DNA of 64,000 nt from Phoronis australis. Taxonomy: Eukaryota; Animalia; Phoronida. Under the pieces are notes generated by a model, which ran no database searches, had not been told where the DNA came from, and worked only from the letters and a program-made list of their open reading frames with translations. The stretch's first letter is position 1; each line of letters begins with the position of its first letter. The stretch covers positions 1 through 64,000 of the forward strand of contig NMRA01000672.1 in NCBI GenBank assembly GCA_002633005.1, written 5' to 3'. Both the position numbers and the translations under genes were made by a program. This document shows positions 53,701-62,700 of the stretch, in pieces.

Positions 53701-56700
53701 CACAGTGACATACTCTAGCCCCCTCTGCCAGCTGATAACAGGGTCGGGCAGTCCAATAGCCTGGCAGTCGATCACCACACGATCACCACGCATCTTGATA
53801 ATCTGTTCTGGCATTACAGTCACTATGGAGGGAGGCACTGAAATGGGCCAATCACAGTTAAAGTCAATGTGGAGGGTCAGGTTACAGGTCAAAATGAAGT
53901 ACTTATACAGAGGCAGATCAGAAGGGGGTTAGTTTTGGTCCAGTAAAATCCAAATTTTTTAGTAATATGAAATTTAAAATGAAATAAGTGTTCTGTCAAA
54001 CTACTCAAAACTGACCACATATTACCTAAACCAAGCGCTCAGCCAAAATGCTTATGTTTTAAAATAACTGAAATCTAAAAATTTCAAACTGCTGCCTGTT
54101 AACGCGTTTTGTAATGTATAAAAAACATCAAGCATTTTCGAACAATTCTGCACGTTGAGTGCCCCAAGATATGAACAAGTGGCATCTCACAAGCTGTACA
54201 GCTCAAACACTTCACAGCAACTTATTTATACATTTTTAGTGACTTATTCACAGTAATCAAAGACAATCAGCAAACATAGCCCCACGCATCAAACACCCCT
54301 TACATTGAACGGTGAGCGACATCTGTTTTGTGGCGGATCCAGCAACGTTAGTGGCTTCACATCTCCATCGACCAGAGTCTGACTTCGCCACCTTGCTGAT
54401 GATGAGATCTTGAAAATACACGAAGACGTGAAAACCCGAGAAAATGAATATCTAATGATAAACTCAAACATGAAGGAAAGTCAACATCTAGCAACGAATT
54501 CTATTCTGTTTCGACAGTGAAAAATTATTTTGCTCAAGGTTAGAGCCTGCACCAATTTTAAAAATAGGGAATATTGGCCATTTCATATTCAAGAAATACA
54601 ATCTATAACAAAATATTATTACTATGGGACCACACACAAAAGTTGCATTGACAGGTATTGTTGACTTCCAAGTCTATCTTCAGACTATGTTGATACACAG
54701 AGCCCAGTATTTGAAGAATATGATGAAAAGCAAAATCGTTCATGTCCCAAACTTCAGAAGAAAATCAAATTTCAGCATGAATTACATTGTCTCAAACTGA
54801 AATTCTTGAAACTGTCCCAAACTGGAGAAATTTATCCGGAGCATGATAAATACATTTTACTCATGACCCCCCCCCTCATTAAAATTTGAGTGCAATGTTT
54901 AGGGGTATCAAGCTCACTCAAATAAAAACTATATTGCGCAGTGGTGCACACCAGTCAAGTCGCTCCTTGCGTTGCTCAGGCAGACAACTCAGCAGAGGTT
55001 GGACATATAAACAAAGGAACAGCAGTTGCACTTTGAGACACTTTTGTATTCTGATGCGTAAAGTTCTATTTTTAATGACGAGTTTAGTTTTTATGGCCAA
55101 CAGTGTCTAAAGTGGGCAGGAAAGAATGTTGCCACCAACAGGCAGTAGTTACTACTGATCCCCATGTCTGTCCCTTTATCCCCAAAGACAAAAGTCCAGG
55201 CTCTGTGATGAGTGACTATTGCAATCCCAACTAGTCAGAAGCATTCATTGTTGTATGATGGGAAATGAGATGCAGCAGACAATGTAATTATAAACGTTTG
55301 TTACGTTCAACATCACTGTTCAGTGGTTGCCAAGTTCCTCATCAAAACAGTGTGTTTCGAGAACCAGCTTTACACATTTCCAAGAATTTTCAGAGGACAT
55401 AGCTATTTTCAAACTGGTTTTGCAAAACTTACTTCCAGTTTCTAGCTGTATGTAATCCTTGTCATCAGTGGTGACCTGTTTGTCATTGCGGTACCACTCG
55501 ATGTCTGCTTTTGGTATGGCGTAAACAGGACACTCCAGGACAACTGACTCGTTGACAATGGCAACGTAGTTCTCATTCCCGGGAGTAATCTCGGGTCGCA
55601 CTGCAAAGCAAACATAACATTGTACAAACTTCTCTCATATAGTAACGATGAGCTAACATTGTTAAAATAGAACATTTTATTTTAACTCTGGAGTGACTTG
55701 CCATTTTTATCGAAAAATGCACAAAAACGTGGCACACTTTGTTTGGATTTCATTGCTATATTACCAAATATTACTTTGATGAAAATCTGGCCAATGACAG
55801 CTACACATTCTATTCAAATTAATAATGAAGAAATGAAACAATAGAGACACTCACAGCAAAACTTTAAATGACATCAGATTCCTAATATTTTCAGATAAAG
55901 ACCATGAGAGAAACAGAAAGAGAAAAAATAGAGCAATTTGAACAAATACAGTAAATTCCAAGGAATTCTTTTTGCACAATGTTAGAAAATTTAACAATAA
56001 TCCTTCGTAAAGCATCCCACCTCTCACAAACAGTGTCATATCTTTTCTCTCTTCCCCTGCCACGTTGGTCGCTGTACAGATATAAGTAGCAGTATCCTGC
56101 GGGTCAGCGCTGAAGATCTCTAGAGAACCATCTTCGCTAATGATGTAGCGTACATCTAGAAGCCCAATGGGGGCGCCGTTCTGGAATGACGGACACATGT
56201 GAAAGTTACAACACATTTGTCGAAAGCGTTCACGAGTGTATAATGTGGACTCGTTATATTATACATAAATTACTTATTATTATTATTCCCCTTTTTCACC
56301 TTTCCATTTAGCCCACGACAACTGTGTTGCTCAGTATAATGAAGTTATTTTCCAGCCGTTTCACTGGCTGATATAGTCACATGTATTAGTCCATTTGACT
56401 TGGGTTCGGCCATTTCAACTTCCACACATATCTAACCTTTGCAACTGACCCTTTCACCAACATTTACAGAGAAATGCACAACTTACTAAGAGACACCAAT
56501 GAGTATTCTATTTACTGATTAAATTAAGATCACCGATGAAACAAAAAAAATCAAATGGAAATCACCACAAAAAGACCATTTACTGTGTTTTGTTCCACTG
56601 TCTGTAAACAAGGAAAGTTGCCATTTTTATAACACGCTGTACATGAAATCATTCAACTCACCTTCGTCCACTGTATCATAGGTCTGGGTTCACCAATGGC

Positions 56701-59700
56701 ATCACATGGTAATGTCACAAAGTCACCCATGTTGACAACGTAATCAAGTTTACCATCAATGTCAGCAATAGAGGGAGGCACTGTAAGCAAAGAATTTGCC
56801 ATTTCAATGCTACACACCTAGACTGATGGTGTGGAATGAGTCTGACAACAGACAACACGACAATTGTTCGGTAGTAAAAAGTACATATGGGTCATAAATC
56901 GATGAATTTAAGGCAAGAAAACAGGCAAAAGCCCCTGAATTCAAGAATATCCCAATGTTAATCTAGCATTATCTTTGTGTGTTAACGCAACAAATCGTAT
57001 CTGTTTTTTCATCTTTCCATCTCCAACAAATGATATTTTGGCTACAGGAACATGTTATTACGGTAAACATGCACCACATTGGGACAGTTTCTACAACTTG
57101 GGACACTGCAATTCATGTCGAAATTGAATTTTCTTAATTCTGAAGATTGGGGCATCAATGATTTTGGTATCCATTCAACAATTGGACACAATTATTGGAC
57201 ACAGCATTTAATTGTATCACCAGTGACTGAAAATAGACTTGGTTATTCATAAAATCAATGAACATGGCCGCCGACGCAACGTTTTTATGTGCTCTCATAG
57301 TGTGTAAGAATAACAGTGAATGATCGTTTGTCGTTGATCGTAATTCTTGAATTTGGGATGACCATTGCTTGATTCTAAAACTTGACACAAGTTCTTATCT
57401 TACCACAATAATTCGATTTTAGCTGTCCCAAACTGGAGAATATTTACCAGAAATTTACAGCAAACTTTTAGTACTAGACCACTCACACTTGTCATTACTA
57501 TTTTGCAAATACCGACAGCAGAAATCCTCAAGTACTTACGCTGAACATTCAACGTTATGTCAAACGACGCTTGCCCGCCCACGTTGCTAGCATGACAAGT
57601 GTACGTCGCTTCATCCCGTGGCCTCGCATTCGAGATCTCCAGAGAGTTGTCGGGTAGGATTGTCAGGTATGGATCCGAGTCGACATTAAGTACCTGGTTA
57701 TTCTTATACCACGTGATGCGAGGCTTGGGGAAACCGGAGACGACGTTACAGGCCAATATGGCCGTCTCTCCAAACACCACATCAATGTACGGATTGGTGA
57801 AGGATATTGCAGGGCGGACTGAAATGATTGATTTTCAACATCAAATATGTAAGGTGGCGCCACCGCAGCAAACATTACAAGAATGTACAGGCTGGTTCAG
57901 AGTAGGTATCATTTAGCTAAAAATCAATCACTACAGTCCAAGAAAACGTATCAATTTCTATAGTACCTATACCAAAGTTTCCCAAAACATGACAAACTAA
58001 CAAACATGGCTGCCATGATAACTGAAATGCAGAGATCTGAATTAACAATTCATCTAACCATGATTGAATAAGGGACAATACAAATTTACTGGCAAACAGA
58101 TCACTTTTTAAGAGCAGTTAGCAGATAATTCTCAATAATCTTAAGACAGCACATACACCATAAAACTGCTGCCAATAATGCTATCTTCCATCAGTATGCT
58201 ACTGTTCAGAGCACCGGTCTTAATGGCCACTTTCCGAATACAGCGAAAACGTGACGAAATATGCACTGTCGTCAGGTGGCGCTAACATAGTTGTTTGACA
58301 GCATTCTACATTCTTGTATGGATTTAATCCAGTGGTATATTTCCCAGCATTTTCATAAAATTCACAATAATTCTTTGAGGCCATCATGCCATCAAATAGT
58401 CACTTTGGTGTGACGGGATGTTCAGACAATTCACATAAAAATACGGTATCTAACAACTTAAAATGACTATGAATGAAAGTTGTTTCATTTCATTCATATG
58501 TACGCAAAATTACTAGAATTAGAAAGTAGGCCAAGAGAAATGGGCTTTTGTGCTCTCATAAATGCTGTAGCATGGTATGTCGAGCGTTTTCAAGTTCACT
58601 AGTCAGTAACGAGCTGGTCCTTAAACCTACCTATACCAGTTACAGTCACAGGGGCCGACTTGTCCTCTTTTCCAAACTGATTCTTTGCACTACAGACGTA
58701 CCAACCGCCATGTTCTTTTTGGATATCTGCAGACAACAAAGAATGTCACATCACAATCCTGGGAGCCGTTTCACCACTTAAGACAACGTATTAGTACACC
58801 ATTGCTATTAATGAAACATTGGGTTCAAAAATAAAAGTAATTAGTCTGGACTACTTTAACGATCTTGCCATTAACAAATATCTTACTTCTTATAAGCAGA
58901 CTGTTGTCGGCTTGTTGTTCAAAGTGTTTGCTTCTGAAGTCGATTGCCGCACCGTCCTCGCGGCGCCAGTTTATCTTGGGTGTTGGGTGACCAATGGCGC
59001 CACATGACAGCTTAATGCTCTGTAGGATGTCGACACTGCCACCTGTTGGGGCCTGGATAATCTTGGGTGCAGCTGGAAAAAGAAGGCAGAAGATTAAGCT
59101 AAATGTATACAGACTGATGGGCGAACAAGAATTCACAAAAAAGAGGTGGCAATTCGTGTGAAAAGATCATTTTTTAACATTTTTAAAGAAAAGGGGCGAG
59201 TCTATGTGTGCATGAAGAGAATTCATGAAAAAAGGGCATTCACTTCAGAGGATTTTTCATAGAATGGTAGTCAAATCAGAAACTTAAAGAATTTCTAACC
59301 CTTAGTTAACACATTGATTTATTGTGACAATCACTAGTACAATACTGTATTCAAACATAAATAACTTCAAGTGATCCGCGAGGTCAATCATTCTTTTGCT
59401 AGGTATCGTCACCCACTGCAAGTGAAACACCGGAACACACTATAACCTTCACTTAGAAAGGTTTTATATTGCACAACAAGCCTCAGATTTGTCCCAACAG
59501 ATATCACTATCTCTGCCAAGAATTTTTTATGTTTTTGAATCTCTTAAGAATCAGCAAAGAAGTCGAACAGTCAACAAGCTACACGGATGTATTTTGACAA
59601 AAACGTCTAGATTGAAAACATTTGCACACAACTCCACTCACTTCCAACTTCCAGGACTCTGGTTCCAGAGACGGTACCAGCTACATTGCTGATCTCACAC

Positions 59701-62700
59701 TTGTAGTTGCCCGCGTCCAGGTTGGTGATAGTACTGATGATCAGGCGGCCATCTTCAGACACTTGCATGTACGGAAAGTTCTGGATCTGTAACAGATGAG
59801 TTTCGACAATAACAACGTTTGCATAATTGTAACTAAAATAGGCTATCGGCCTTGGACTAATTAAGCTGTTATGATTTGTATTAGTAATCAGTATGATCTA
59901 TGATTTGTGAAATATTTACTTTTTTGTTGATTATTGAAGGAGCTATTTTTTGCGTCTCAGTATACTCCTGGGGTCTGGTTCATGAAAAGTGACCCAAGAC
60001 TTAAGACAGAAATTTGGTATTATATTCCCACTCCACAATCGTCTAATAAATGTTTAGTCATGTAGTTACGAGCACATCCCTGACTGAAAGTAAGTTGCAT
60101 AAACTTTCTTAGTAAGTAACAGTTACGGGCTTATCCTTGGATACTTCATTCTTTTCTAAAGTGAATTTCAATTATATTTAGAAATAGATATGAGGAGCGC
60201 AAGACAAAATTAAGTCTTATGTCACTTTAATGAAACAATTACATTTATTGATAAGTTGTGGTTAATTTATAACCACAGCTGTGTTCAGTATACACAATAT
60301 AGTGTGACCATGTCGTTTGCTTCTAATGCATGGCAACATCTTGTGAAGACTTGTGTGATCTTGCGTTTTCGCGACACTCATGTCTACGAAATGCAGCGCA
60401 AAACACAAATGCCCAGTTGGCACAGCCAGCCCTTGGAGAAGACAGATGAATAGGTGGCCATAGGTCTACCTCCAAGCTACTCACAGCTAAGTGCACACCT
60501 AAGAAGGACAGCTAAGGTTCTGTCATAACTACACAGTGGGATTTACCATCAGCTCTCCCTTGTACCATGTGACATTTGGCGCTGGCTTGCCATCTGCTCG
60601 ACAGGACAGCGTCGCTGTCTTACCCTTCTCCACCAAGTACGTTTTGGTTGCGTCATAAATCCTTGGTGGTTCTGTAACAAAGAAACGTTCCTCCGTTGAA
60701 TGACATCCGGCAGACAGCATTAGTTTAGCCACATTTTATAATTATAACCGACATCACTTTATTACAACAGAGTGCCCACAAAGAAGGTAATAGTCACTCT
60801 CAGGGGTTCCCCGTTTTGAGAACCAGTATTCTCCATTGAAAAACAGACATCAAACTGGTTCTTAAAATCTGGTATGACTGTAGTTGACTCTTGCGAGAAA
60901 AACAGCTCACCCACTTGTTCACTGAAGCCGACACCACACACTGCATTTGTAAAAACCCTCACAAAGACAAAGTAACACCTCAGCTACACTTGACTGCATT
61001 AGATGCCACACTAATAGTTTCCAAAAACAATTGTGAGCTTGTGTGGCACACAAGCACACAATTGCAGACCCAGGGCTTGAAGTGTAATTTGCATTTTTTT
61101 CCCAACAGGGACCAATCAAAACAGAATAGACATTATGACAGGCAGAGCATATTAAATTTTATACGAAAATGGATTGTTTTCATAAAAGTCCACCTCAGTT
61201 TCCCCTATAATTTAGATTCATAACAAGTACACTGGTACAAAACATGAGCCATGACAAATATTTTCCATTTAAGGCACGATACTTCCAAAAGTACTCAAAC
61301 ATTTTTAAGTTTTTTATCATTTATCTCAAGAGATAATAAACAATAGCAAAATACAACACATCACGAAAAGAGAAACACCACACACACACACACGCACATA
61401 TAAACCAAAAAAGAAAATGGACCCAATTTACTCTAGTTACACAAAAAATCCAGGTTCACCAAAAAAGTCACAGCCTAATTATATTGCAGTTTTTGCCAAC
61501 AAAAGTATGACGTCGACAAATCTATGGCATACCAGTGTAAATCAACCTCAGCGACTTGGTGTCACTACCGGCTCCATTGCGGCCATGACACTTGTATTCT
61601 CCTTTGTTCTGGCGCACAAGTCTACGCAGTATCAAGACACCATCTTTGGTAGTGATGCGATGGCCGCCACGTGTCCACACGAAGCGTGCTGGGGGGAAGG
61701 CATCCGCCGTACACCTGACTGTGACCGTTTGACCAGTGACAAAGTGGACAATATTGGGAGTGATGGTAACAACGGGCTTCTCTGGAAAGGTGAAAAAACA
61801 GCATATAGTTCAGACATAGAGTTGGACCTACAAAAAATTGTTTTTGGTACCAATAATGAGAGAAGTACAGTGCCAAGTCATGGAACAACCGAATAAATGA
61901 CATACGAGAAATAGAATCTCCCTTAAACTTCAACAACAAATATGGGCAATTCTTATTTTATAAATCTGCAAACATGATATTGTAGTCCAAACCTGCATGT
62001 GTCCCTCATCTCATTTTGCTTCAAATTCCACAAACGGTGTCTCGGATACGGGGTCCGTGTTCAATTTAAATTGCGACGCTATTTTCGAGTTGCGCGAAAA
62101 AGGTTTTAAAAATATAGACACGCAATTGCCTTGCTTTTATGTTGTGTTAATTCGCAACAAATGGATTGATTTCAGTTTCTTTGAAAAGTATAACTGCCCT
62201 TTAATTCAGATATGAATTCCTGCAGCTGAATAACTAACAAGCTCCTAAAAATAGCAATTATCTCCCCTTGTACTTACTGCCCACACGAAGGAACACTTCT
62301 TCTTCGGATGAACCGCCCACGTTACTGGCACGGCAGACGTAATGACCCTCATCTGAACTCTGAGCATTTCTGAAATCGAATTGACAGTTTTGCAATATGT
62401 AATAAACTTTAACGATCATTCTTTCAAAAGAAAGTGTTGCACTAATTTTTACATTTCCGTTTTTCTTGTCCACGACTTTTTTCATATCATGTCGTGTAAG
62501 ATATAGATTCCAAACGACAAGAAAACTGAAAAAGAAACTTTCGCTTCCGTTACATGACAGAATAATTTGAATTCGTTTTGGGGACATGTTTAACAAGATT
62601 CATGTTCGTAACATTCATAAGGACTAAACTGTCGTAACCCCAATAAATGCCAGTCATATTTATAACTCTAGATACCCTCAATCAATATGTCAATAAAGCA

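Noticed and set aside
53782-53790. RGD in Ig9 (KMRGDRV) as an integrin site
   Set aside because: Falls on the conserved x-G-D/E turn before the Ig B strand, where RGD arises by chance
61417-61896. 159-aa plus-strand ORF as a nested gene
   Set aside because: Antisense shadow of the Ig3 exon; no recognisable domain. The same applies to other plus-strand ORFs over hemicentin exons
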